From positions 68,946,001-69,010,000 of the forward strand of contig CM059432.1 of the NCBI GenBank assembly GCA_030390025.1: DNA of 64,000 bases. The letters are read 5' to 3'. The DNA comes from Squalus acanthias. Lineage: Eukaryota. Below, piece by piece: positions 52,697 through 63,483 of this stretch. The position numbers and the translations under genes were made by a program. Under the pieces are notes generated by a model that saw only the letters and a list, made by a program, of their open reading frames with translations, was not told the DNA's origin and did no database searches. How positions within the stretch are numbered: position 1 is the stretch's first letter; each line of letters opens with the position of its first letter.

Positions 52697-53858
52697 TGGG
52701 TGCTGCTTATGCTGTCTCTCCTTGGACCTCAGAATCGGACCAAGGTGAGCCCCAGCACCAACAACACCAGCCACACCAGCAGCAGCAGCAACCACAGCAG
52801 CAGCCTTCTCAACGACCACATAGAGAGGCGGTCAGCACAGGGCTGCACCACGCCAGAGGCGATACCCCCAAACACAGGGTATACAGGCAGAGGATGACCT
52901 TCCTGGACATGACTGAACACCAGTGCTACAGGAGGCTCAGGCTATCGCGCCAGGCTGTCACAGACATATGTAGCTTGCTGGAACAGAGGACCTGGTGGAG
53001 ACGCCTTACCAGTGGCTGTCAAAGTCACCACTGCCCTCAACTTCTTCACCTCAGGCTCCTTCCAGGGATCTGCAGCAGACATTTGCAGGATCTCGCAGTT
53101 GGCCGCCCACAGATGCATCACCCAGGTGACCGATGCCATGTTTCACAAGTCAGCCACTTATATAAACTTTGCCACTGATGAAGCCAATGTTACTGAACGG
53201 GCGCTCAGCTTCACGGCTCTGGCTGGCTTCCCACAGGTGCAGGGTGTCATCGACTGCACACATGTGGCCATCAAGGCACCCCCACATCACCCAGGAGTGT
53301 TTGTGAACTGTTAAGGCTTCCACTCCCTCAATGTGCAGCTCGTCTGCAACCATAAAAATATGATCATGCATGTGTGCGCCAGATTCCCTGGCAGCTGTCA
53401 TGACTCTTTCGTGCTGCGCCAGTCCACCCTCCCTCAGCTCTTCGAACCTCCAAACAGACTTAATGGCTGACTGCCTGGAGAAAAGGGCTATCCACTGAAG
53501 ACGTGGCTCCTGACACCCTTGAGGAGGCCAAGCAATGAGGCCGAGGAGCGTAATAATGACAGCCACATGTCCACCAGATGTGTCATAAAGCAAGCAATCG
53601 GCATGCTGAAGATGCACTTCACATGCCTTGACAGATCTGGAGGAGCCCTTCAGTACGCACCAGCCAGGGTCTCCAGAATTATTGTCGTGTGCTGCACATT
53701 GCACAACATAGTGCAGCAACGAGGATTGGAGCTGCTGGAGGAGCAAGGCGGAACACGAGGAGGAGGAGAAGGAACCTGAGGTGGAGATGGCAGCAGCAGT
53801 GGCGCACATTGCTACCCAGGAGGCCCGGGATGGCCTCATAATGGTCAGATTTACTTAA
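52697..53858 (+). pseudogene. Harbinger DDE transposase, decayed
   Basis: [70 protein letters not shown]. Contains stops and frameshifts. Confidence 0.9.
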
Positions 53859-54153
53859 TTTGCACCAGTGCACCCATATGGCTCCTAGATTCTGTACTAA
53901 CTATCCCCCACCCCAACAACACCACAACACAGTCCTTAATGGCCAAGCCATTCCTGTCACCTAAACCCCCATTGTTCGAGGTTAAATAATGTCTCACCAT
54001 TCACTCCAAGTGACAAGACCACTTCCCAGGTAGCAGGCAAACATGGACAAGGTGGGAAAGTTGTGCAAACAAGTTAATTTATGTGTGTCATAAATATAAC
54101 TGAAACTTAACATAAATATTTTTTCATACACCCATGTGCATACCCTTGTGCAG

Positions 54154-57100
54154 CTAGGGCAGATCCGTTTCTGAGCGTACGGTACAGGGTTGATCGTGGC
54201 TGCGCGTGCGAGCCCCGACGGGCTCATAGTCAGTCTGCCCCAGGTCGGCACGCTGGAGTGAGGTACCAGCCGGCGTCAGATCCCGATCATGATGAGAGGC
54301 ACCTGGCAAGCCCAGAGATGTGCCTGGTACAATATCATCCCCTGGTGTCCCTCTATGTTTCGGCGGGCAGGGAGCCAGATCCCGCAATGACACGGTAGAT
54401 TCCCGACCGTCAGGATACCGAATATAGGCGTAGGTAGGGTTGACGTCAGTGAGCTCAACCTCATCTACCAGGGGGTCATTCTTAGACGCCCGGACATATC
54501 TTCGGAGTAGCACTGGTCCCGGTGCAGTCAGCCACGACGGGAGAGATGTCCCATAGGATGAGCGACGCTGAAATCGGAAGAACCGTTCATGAGGCGTCGT
54601 ATTTGTGGCGGTCGAAAGGAGGGACCGTGTGGAGTGTAATGCGTCTGGAAGTACTGCTTCCCAATGCTGGTTGGGTAGGCCCCGAGATCTCAAAGCCAGA
54701 CGTACCGCATTCCAGATGATAGCGTTAAAACGCTCGACTTGCCCATTCCCAACCGGATGATAAGGCGTCGTTTTGCTGGCAGCAATACCCCGTTCCGAGA
54801 GATAGGCCTTGAGTTCTCCCGACATAAAAGAAGGGCCCCGATCTGAATGAACATAGGATGCCATGCCACAGAAAGCAAATACCTGTTCAAGGCAGCTGAT
54901 AACCGTGGTTGTCAGCATATTGGGGCAGGGAAAGGCAAACGGAAAACGAGAATACTCATCAACCATTGTTAATAGATAAGTGTTGCGAGTCGAAGAGGGC
55001 AACGGCCCCTTAAAATCGATGCTAAGCCTTTGCATTGGCTGGGTCGCATGTATGAGTATACCACCCGAGGGGCGGAAAAACCGAGGTTTCAATTCCGCAC
55101 AGACTCTGCAGTCCGAGCACATCTTCTTTACATCCCCGGTAGAGAATGGGAGATTTCGGGACCGCACGAAGTGCAGCATGCGAGTAACGCCTGGATGACA
55201 CAACCCATCATGGATGTCTACGAGCGTAGAGGGTGCCATGGCGGAGCAGAATGCTCGTGTGAGGGTATCCGGAGCCACATTCTCCTTGCCAGGTCGATAG
55301 TGGATGGTGTAACCAAAAGAGGCCAATTCCAGCCGCCAAAGCTGGATTTTATTATTTTTAATTTTGGTCCGTTTTCGATTATCGAGCATGAAGGCGACCG
55401 ATCGCTGGTCCGTGATTAAGGTAAAGTGCTGGCGAGCCAGGAGATGACTCCACTTCCGTACTGCCTCTATGATGGCTGTAGCTTCTTTCTCGACTGGAGG
55501 ATAATGTAGCTCAGCCCCTTGAAAAGTCCTGGACAAAAATGCCACCGGACGACCTTCCTGATTCAGAGTGGCTGAGATTGCCACCTCCGAGGCATCACAC
55601 TCAACCACGAAAGGAAGACTCTCATCGATGGAGTGAAGAGCCGCTTTCTCCAACTGCTTTTTCAGGAGGTTAAAGGCTGCAACAGCCGTTGTGTCTAGTG
55701 GGAATGTGCTGGCCTTCAGTAGAGGTTGGATTCGGTCCGAGAAGTTAGGAATCCATTTCGCATAGTATGCAAACAGGCCGAGGGCCCGGCGCAAGGAGGC
55801 CGGATTCTTAGGTGGCGGGAGTTCTTGGAGTGGGCGAAGCCTTTCAGGGTCAGGTTTAATGATGCCATTGCCCACACAATAGCCAAGGATGTTGATAGTT
55901 GGTTGTGACTCAATGGATTTAGCCGCATTCAATGTCAAATTACGGTGCTGGAGTGCATCCCAAAATCGTTGGAGATTGGCGTCATGTTCCTGCTGATTGC
56001 GACCTGCGACAGTAATATTGTCCAGATAAGGAAACGTATCCTTCAAGTCTTCCTGTTTGACCAGGTCATCCATTGCTCGCTGGAAGACAGCCACTCCATT
56101 AGTGACCCCAAAGGGGAGGCGACGAAATTGATACAGCCGCCCATTGGCTTCAAAGGCTGTATACTGCTTGTCTGAGACCTTCAAGGGTACCTGATGATAG
56201 GCGCTTTTCAGATCATAAGTCGAGAACACCGTGTACTCAGCCAATTTATTAACCATATCATCGATGCGCGGCAATGGGTATGCGTCCAAGTCCGTATACT
56301 GATTGATGGTCTGTGAATAGTCAATGCACAGCCGTTTCTTGTGAGGTTGTAGAGGGTTCTTAACAATAACGACCTGGGCGCGCCATGGCGACGAACAAGG
56401 CTCGATGATATCCTCTGCTAAAAGCCGAGAAATCTCAGCCGCAATAAAAGACTGGTCTTCCTGACTGAAACGGCGTGACTTTGTTATAATCGGTTTGCAT
56501 CGAGGAGGGATACTGGCAAACAGTGAGGGTTCATCCAGTGAAGCTGCTGACAAGGCACAGAACGGTAATCGAGGTCGTATATTAGAAATAGTGAGTTCAG
56601 GTTTGGATCCGCCGAACTCAATGGTAAGCTTCTTATGCTGCTTTTGAAAATCCAGCCCTAAGATAAGATCACTACATAAGTCCTTGAGCACCGAAAGCCG
56701 GGTGGAGGGATACCTGTGACCTTTAAGCATTATTTCAACTACACAGAAGCCAGAAATTCTGGTATTAAGTGATGACTGAGCCATCGCAACTGCCTGGTCC
56801 GATGGAAAAACATGTAGCTTTAACTGTGCAACAGTCTGTTCCCTAATGAAACTATCAGTGCTACCTGAGTCAATTAAGGCATCTAAAGTATGTCCATTAA
56901 TTGATGCTTTTGTAGCTGCATGGAATAGATTCTGAGGACAAGCAGCTGTAATTGGTGTCGTTGCACAAAGAGTGGCTGAAATTCTAGGTGTGTTTCTTCG
57001 AGAAAAAACCCGAGAGGAAGCACGATAGTTTTTAGTTGGAACATCCTGATAGGCCCTTACTGGGGCAGTTCGGTAGGACTTAGCTTGATAAGCCCTCGTA

Positions 57101-57906
57101 GAGGCTCTTGATAGGCAAACCTTTACAAAATGACCCTTTTTGTTGCAATGACTGCAAAACGCATTGCGAGCAGGGCAGAATCTCCGAGGGTGAAACTCAT
57201 CACCACAAAAAAAGCATTTCTTAGATTGCCAAGAGGCTGCCACAGTGGGGTCATCATCCTCTTCATCAGTGAAGTCATCAGATCGATCGTCAGGGATAAA
57301 GTCCTCCCTAATAGAGTTCACCTGTGGCCTCTTAAATTGCCTGACTGTAGTTAAGGCAGCAGACTGAGGTCTGGGCACTGTAAAAAGGTCTGCATTTCTT
57401 TTTGCCAGATCTAGAGAGCAAGCCAGGTCATAAGCTCTCTGCAGCTCAAGTGTCTTACTTTCCAGTAGACGCTGGCGTATAAATGGGGAGGCAAGCCCGC
57501 AGATGAACGCATCACGGATCATTTCTTCGCGGTATAGCTCAGCTGAGGCTGCCCGAAAGTTACAGTCCATACTAAGTCTGCGAAGCTCTTGGAGGAATTT
57601 ATCAATGGATTCATCCGGCCCTTGTTGGGCTGTAGCTAGTAGATGTCTAGCATAGACCTCATTCGGTGTCTTAGTATATAGTCTCTTAAGCGTCTGAATT
57701 GCCTCCTCATAACTGTCCCAGTCTTCCACATACTGAAATACATTCGGGGTGACACAGTTGATGAGTATCCGCAACTTTGAGTTATCATCAGCTTTGCAAT
57801 ACTCAAGAAAATTCTCAAACGTGCGATACCAGTGTTTCCACACCTTACCGGCTGCTGGGGTGTTTGGGTCCAAGTCAAGACGCGATGGTTTAAGGATGTT
57901 TTCCAT
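54154..57906 (-). CDS. Ty3/Gypsy gag-pol polyprotein, 1250 aa, uninterrupted (Gag, 2 CCHC, PR, RT, RNase H, IN)
   Basis: CFFCGDEFHPRRFC and CSHCNKKGHFVKVC; ALIDSGS; YDLKSAYHQ, LPFGV, YLDN; ECDAS, EKEA, TDQ; H..H..C..C, IDFKG, SDRG, GQVERFN. PR-RT-RH-IN order. Confidence 0.96.
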   Translation of the reverse strand: MENILKPSRLDLDPNTPAAGKVWKHWYRTFENFLEYCKADDNSKLRILINCVTPNVFQYVEDWDSYEEAIQTLKRLYTKTPNEVYARHLLATAQQGPDESIDKFLQELRRLSMDCNFRAASAELYREEMIRDAFICGLASPFIRQRLLESKTLELQRAYDLACSLDLAKRNADLFTVPRPQSAALTTVRQFKRPQVNSIREDFIPDDRSDDFTDEEDDDPTVAASWQSKKCFFCGDEFHPRRFCPARNAFCSHCNKKGHFVKVCLSRASTRAYQAKSYRTAPVRAYQDVPTKNYRASSRVFSRRNTPRISATLCATTPITAACPQNLFHAATKASINGHTLDALIDSGSTDSFIREQTVAQLKLHVFPSDQAVAMAQSSLNTRISGFCVVEIMLKGHRYPSTRLSVLKDLCSDLILGLDFQKQHKKLTIEFGGSKPELTISNIRPRLPFCALSAASLDEPSLFASIPPRCKPIITKSRRFSQEDQSFIAAEISRLLAEDIIEPCSSPWRAQVVIVKNPLQPHKKRLCIDYSQTINQYTDLDAYPLPRIDDMVNKLAEYTVFSTYDLKSAYHQVPLKVSDKQYTAFEANGRLYQFRRLPFGVTNGVAVFQRAMDDLVKQEDLKDTFPYLDNITVAGRNQQEHDANLQRFWDALQHRNLTLNAAKSIESQPTINILGYCVGNGIIKPDPERLRPLQELPPPKNPASLRRALGLFAYYAKWIPNFSDRIQPLLKASTFPLDTTAVAAFNLLKKQLEKAALHSIDESLPFVVECDASEVAISATLNQEGRPVAFLSRTFQGAELHYPPVEKEATAIIEAVRKWSHLLARQHFTLITDQRSVAFMLDNRKRTKIKNNKIQLWRLELASFGYTIHYRPGKENVAPDTLTRAFCSAMAPSTLVDIHDGLCHPGVTRMLHFVRSRNLPFSTGDVKKMCSDCRVCAELKPRFFRPSGGILIHATQPMQRLSIDFKGPLPSSTRNTYLLTMVDEYSRFPFAFPCPNMLTTTVISCLEQVFAFCGMASYVHSDRGPSFMSGELKAYLSERGIAASKTTPYHPVGNGQVERFNAIIWNAVRLALRSRGLPNQHWEAVLPDALHSTRSLLSTATNTTPHERFFRFQRRSSYGTSLPSWLTAPGPVLLRRYVRASKNDPLVDEVELTDVNPTYAYIRYPDGRESTVSLRDLAPCPPKHRGTPGDDIVPGTSLGLPGASHHDRDLTPAGTSLQRADLGQTDYEPVGARTRSHDQPCTVRSETDLP

Positions 57907-58168
57907 GATGGGTGATTCCCTGGATCCTTAGCTCCGAGTTCGTCCAAAAAGTTTGAGTGCGAAGTTTTTCAAAAGTTGATTAAATTGTCGTAAGAATGAG
58001 CCTTACGCGTGGTAAACTTAATGTAAGCTTTAATCAACTTAAAACGGTGCTGCATACAAAAGAGGTCTTACCCTATGCCTCTTCCAGAGCTAACTGATCA
58101 GTCCAGTATTTATCCTGGACTGATTACAGGAAGTGATGTCATACAGGAAGCTGAAAAGTGTTACCACA
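54159..58168 (-). mobile_element. Gypsy LTR retrotransposon with 5' LTR only
   Basis: Flanked by GCTAGG (54153-58, 58169-74). No second LTR or polypurine tract at the 3' end. Confidence 0.88.
57986..58168 (-). repeat. 183-bp 5' LTR
   Basis: Minus strand TGTGGTAA...TTACGACA (7/8 inverted termini). TATA-like GATAAATA and poly(A)-signal-like ATTAAA. Confidence 0.8.
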
Positions 58169-58727
58169 GCTAGGATTGTGTCTTTTTTCATTTACGCGTG
58201 CTTCTACGTGATGCAACCCCTGTGGCTTCAGCAGAGGTAGTTGCAGGCTGCTCACTTCCCTGCTGCGACTGCTTAGACGCTTTTGGCAGACGTCCTCTGG
58301 GATTTGGCGCATGTGAGGGCGCCGCCAAAGACTGCTCCTCCTGCAACTGTGCAGGGGCAGACTTGGCCATCAGGATCCGAGGCAGCATGAGGGGCTCTGA
58401 CTGAGGGGGAAGCAACGGGGGAGAAGTGGGAATGCTTTGAGAAAAGCCCCCACTTCTATGTCCCCTCTCACCATCATCCCTCTCATGGGCCACCCACACT
58501 TCCCTGCTAGCAAGGAGCTGGAGAGCACCCTGCTGCACATCAGTGGGGCGATGAAGGCCCAAGTCTATGTTTCTACCCCTCCTTGAGATGAGATCAATGA
58601 GAGTCTGCAATCTGTTGTCCACAGCAAGCATGTTCTTGTTGGACTGGCGCATTTGCTGCTCCATGCAGGTGGCCATCCTTTCCATGGAACAGCACATCGT
58701 CGCCGTCGCCTGCGAGATGGTGGTGCT

Positions 58728-60249
58728 CATAAAATCATAGAATCATAGAATGGTTACAGCACAGAAGAAGGCCATCCAGCCCGTCGAGCCCGTGCCAGAT
58801 CTCTGCAAGAGCACTTCAGCTAGTCCCACTCCCCCACCCTTTCCCTGTAGCCCTGCAAATTTCTTTCCTTCAGATACTTATCCAACTCCCTTTTGAAAGC
58901 CGTGATTGAATCTGCCTCCACCACCTTTTCAGGCAGTGTATTCCAGATCCTAACCACTCGCTGCGTAAAAAAGTTTTTTCTTACGTCGCCTTTGGTTCTT
59001 TTGCTAATCTTAAATCTGTGTCCTCTGGTTCTTGACCCTTCTGCCAATGGGAACAGTTTCCTTCTATCTACTCTGTCCAGACCCCTCATGATTTTGAACA
59101 CCTCTATCAAATCTCCTCTCAATCTTCTCTGCTCAAGGAGAACAACCCCAGCTTCTCCAGTCTATCAACGTAACTGAAGTCCCTCATTCCTGGAATCATT
59201 CTCGTAAATCGTTTCTCTCTCTAAGGCTTTCATATCCTTCCTAAGGTGTGGTACCCAGAATTGGACACAATACCCCAGTTGGGGCCGAACCAGTGTTTTA
59301 TACAGGTTCATCATAATTTCCACACTTTTGTACTCTATACCTCTATTTATGAAACCCAGGAGCCCGTAAGCCTTTTTAACTGTTTTCTCAACCTGTCCTG
59401 CCACCTTTAACGATTTGTACACACATATCCCAGGTCTCTCTGTTCCTGCACCCCCTTCAGGATTGTACCCTTTAGTTTATATGTCCTCTCCTCATTCTTT
59501 CTACCAAAATGTATCACTTCACACTTTTCTGCGTTAATTTTCATCTGCCACATGTCCGCCCATTTCACCAGCCTGTCTCTGTCTTCCTGAAGTCTATCAC
59601 TCTCCTCTTCACTGTTCACTATACTTCCAAGTTTTGTGTCATCTGCAAATTTTGAAATTGTGTCCTGTACACCCACGTCGAAGTCATTAATATATATCAA
59701 GAAAAGCAGTGGTCCTAGAACTGACTCCTGGGGAACACCACTGTATACCTTGCTCCATTCTGAAAAACAGTCGTTTACCACTACTCACTGTTTCCTATCA
59801 CTTAGCCAATTCCGTATCCATGCTGTCACTGTCCCTTTTACTCCATGGGCTTCAACTTTCCTGGCAAGCCTATTATGTGGCACTTTGTCGAATGCCTTTT
59901 GGAAATCCATATACACTTCGTCAACTACATTACCCTCATTAACCCTCTCTGTTACCTCATCAAATAACTCAATCAAGTTAGTTAAACACAATTTGCCTTT
60001 AACAAATTCGTGCTGGCTTTCCTTAATTAATCCACACTTGTCCAAGTGACTGTTAATTTTGTCCCTGATTACTGTTTCTAAAAGCTTCCCCAGTACCGAT
60101 GTTAAACTGACTGGCCTGTAGTTGCTGGGTTTATCTTTACACCCTTTTTTGAACAATGGTGTAACATTTGCAATTCTCCAGTCCTCTGGCACCACCCCCA
60201 TATCTAAGGAGGATTGGAATATTATGGCTAGTACCTCCGCGATTTCCTC
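58728..60249 (-). mobile_element. 5'-truncated CR1 LINE in the Harbinger Myb gene
   Basis: NYRPVSLTS, YMDFQKAFDKVPH, FADDTK. (CATAGAAT)n tail at ~58735. Confidence 0.92.
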
Positions 60250-61836
60250 ATGTTGGAGATGGACTCCTCCATTCTTTGTACAGTACAGCTGCACACATTG
60301 TGGCTGCTAAAGCTGCCAGAGCCTCGCGCAATTGGTGCTGCTCCTCCAAGATCACCCTCTTTCTCGATGTCCCCGAGGTTCAGCATCTGCATGCAGCTCA
60401 GCACAGCTTGGAGCATCCTGTGCCCTCCAGCAAGGACTCTCTACTGCTGTCCCCATCTCCACCATCTGCTCTTGCTCACTTGTGATGTGTGAGACACCCA
60501 AGTGAGGGAAATAAAGATGGGATTAAGAGAGAGAGAGAGATAAAAGAGACAGAAATAAAAATTAAAAGAAATAATTTTTATTTACTTTTTTAATTAAAAA
60601 AAATCTCCAACAATAATTTAAATCTGAATGAATGAGACACCAAACTTGTAAAAGGTAATTTTCAGTGCCAGAGAGGTTGTTTTGCAGTAATTAAAACTTA
60701 TCACACCGTTAAAAATCAACTTACATTTGAATGAAAAAGCCCTAACTTTTTCTGACTTGTTTAGTGGGTATCTAGTGGGTGAGTACCGCAACTTCATGCC
60801 CTTCATGTGTTTCAATGCTGAGTCTCTTAGCGAGGTACCAGTGTAGCGAAGCTTCTGGAGGAGAGGAGCAACTTGGACAGCAACTTCCTGATTTCTGCAT
60901 TTAACTGCACATGTGCAGATGCCGGAAGTTACTGTCCAATTTACACTTTAATAATGGTGAGCGCTGTTCGCCGCACCGTTATTTTCACCATAAAATCTGG
61001 ACCAATAAGTTTTCATCATATTCTGATGAACGGTGATCATATATCACAGGACGCTGATATTGTGACACCAGACAGTCACCAGCTGAAACCAGCTGTAAGT
61101 CAAAAGGTAGTTACTGTGTTTCACCCATAGATTTCATATAAGTATTTATTGATTAACCAGCTACCTTTGTTAGCTACACAGTCCAGTTATTAATATTCCA
61201 TTAAAGCAATTCCTTTGTGTCCCATTTCCTTCCCGTCCATCCCTATTACAAATTACATCCCTTGTGGCTGTAACTGTGGTATGTTATCCCTCCTTGTCCT
61301 CCTTAACATCTCCACAGCATTTGATATGGTTAACCATCACCTTTCTGCTGTTAAGCTGCATGGGCGTGCCTTCATGTGGTTACACTCCCACATGTCTGAA
61401 TGCATGACTTCCCGCCTCTGCACCATCCCTCCTGAGGTCCTCTAAGGCACTATCTTTGGCTCCTTTCTGTTCCTTACCTACATGCTGTCCCTACCTTATC
61501 TTGCTAGCTGTTCAATGACCAATTAGTGACTATCCTTAGGATAGAGGTAAGTGGGATCTCTTTGGAGGCTCCAAGATAACATGCCTGGCAATTGGAGATT
61601 GGAACCAATTCAGCACCTCTGTGGCAGACTCAGCAATCTGATCCCTGAGTCAGACAGATCCCCATTGCACCATTGATGATTGACCAGCGAGTCTAGATAA
61701 TTAGTAGAACCCAGAGGGATAGAGCAGTCAGTGGGAAACTGGAATTCTTCCCACGTGGCTCCAGATAAATCTGCAAGCCAGTGCCCTAATGGGTGGCATG
61801 GTCATGGACAAGCAGCAGGAAGCTTAACAGTATGCT

Positions 61837-61871
61837 GTTCTGACGAAAGGTCATTGACGTGAAACGTTAAC
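61837..61871 (+). ncRNA. Minimal type-I hammerhead ribozyme motif in a Penelope-like fragment (61837-61916)
   Basis: GTT-CTGACGA-A-AGGTC att GACGT-GAAA-CG-TT-AAC. Core intact, one mismatch in stem II. Confidence 0.6.
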
Positions 61872-61932
61872 TCTGTTTCTCTCTCCACAGATGCTGCCTG
61901 ACCTGCTGAGTATTTCTTAACTTCCTTATTAA

Positions 61933-63483
61933 CTCCCTCAAATCTGCCGACATCACCCCTCTCCTCAAAAAACAAACCTTGATCCCTCCGTCCTTGCAAA
62001 CTACTGCCCCATCTCCAACCTCCCTTTCCTCTCCAAAGTCCTTGAGCGTGTTGTCGCCTCCCAAATCCGTGCCCATCTTTCCCGCTATTCCATGTTTGAA
62101 TCCCTCCAATCAGGTTTCTGCCCTTGCCACAGTACCGAAACGGCTCACATCAAAGTCACAAATGACATCCTTTGTGACTGTGACAAAGGTAAACTATCCC
62201 TCCTCGTCCTTCTTGACTTGTCTGCAGCCTTTGACACGGTTGACCACTCCATCCTTCTCCAACGCCTCTCCACCGTCATCCAGCTGGGTGGTACTACACT
62301 CGCCTGGTTCCATTCTTATCTATCTAATCGTAACCAAAGAATCACCTGCAACGGCTTCTCTTCCCGCTCCCACATCGTTACCTCTGGTGTCCCCCAAGGA
62401 TCTATCCTTGGCCCCCTCCTATTTCTCATCTACATGTTGCCCCTTGGTGACATCATCCGAAAACACAGCATCAGTTTCCACATGTACGCTGACGACACCC
62501 AGCTCTACCTCACTACCTCTTCTCTCGACCCCTCCACGGTGTCTAAATTGTCAGACTGCTTGACAAACATACAGTTTTGGATGAGCAAAAATTTTCTCTA
62601 ATTAAATATTGGGAAGACCGAAGCCATTGTTTTCGGTCCCCGCCACAAACTCCGTTCCCTAGCCACTGACTCCATCCCTCTTCCTAACATCTATCGGAGG
62701 CTGAACCACACTGTTCGCAACCTTGGTGTCATATTTGACCCTGATATGAGCTTCCGACCACATATCCGCAGCATCACAAAGACCGCCTACTTCCACCTTC
62801 GTAACATCGCCCGTCTCCGCCCTTGCCTCAGCTCATCCGCTGCTGAAACCCTCATCCATGTCTTTGTTACCTCTAGACTTGACTATTCCAACATACTCCT
62901 GGCTGGCCTCCCACATTCCACCCTACGTAAACTTGAGGTCATCCAAAACTCGGCTGCCCGTGTCCTAACTTGCACCAAGTCCCATTCACCCATCACCCCT
63001 GTGCTCGCTGACCTACATTGGCTCCCGGTTAAGCAGCGCCTTGATTTCAAAATTCTGATCCTTGTTTTCAAATCCTTCCATGGCTTCGCCCCTTCCTATC
63101 TCTGTAATCTCCTTCAGCTGCACAACCCCCCCCACCGCCCCCCCCCCCCCCCTCTCCCCGCCCCGAGATATCTGCACTCCTCTAATTCTGGCCTCTGGAG
63201 CATCCCTGATTATAATTGCTCAATCATTGGTGGCCGTGCCTTCTGTTGCCTTTGCCCTAGCTCTGGAATTCCCTGCCTAAACCTGTCCGCCTCGCTCCCT
63301 CTCTTTCCTCCTTTAAGACGCTCCTGAAAACCTACATCTTTGACCAAGTTTTTGGTCACCTGACCTAATTTATCCTTATGTGGATCGGTGTCAAACTTTT
63401 TGTCTTAAAATACTCCTGTGCAGCGCCTTGGGACGTTTTACTATGTTAAAGGCGCTATATAAATAGAAGTTGTTGTTGTTATT
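61933..63483 (+). mobile_element. 5'-truncated L2 LINE (RT to tail)
   Basis: LLDLSAAFDTVDH, GVPQGSILGP, YADD, LHWLPV. (TTG)n tail. Closely similar to the 9.7-11.3 kb copy. Confidence 0.93.

Larger units (their letters stand above)
52167..60500 (+). mobile_element. Harbinger transposon (family B-related), right end missing, interrupted by Gypsy and CR1
   Basis: Terminus GGCCGGAATTTTC. Transposase at 52697-53858. Myb-gene C-terminal remnants on - at 58188-58730 and 60250-60490. Confidence 0.85.
51875..61003. mobile_element. Outer Harbinger-type MITE (parts 51875-52166 and ~60505-61003) hosting a larger Harbinger
   Basis: Termini AGCCCAGATTTTA / TAAAATCTGGACC, with subterminal GCGGCGAACA at both ends. 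TSD not matched. Confidence 0.55.

Noticed and set aside
54154..57906. Endogenous retrovirus
   Set aside because: No env, a single gag-pol frame, and Gypsy-type RT motifs (LPFG).
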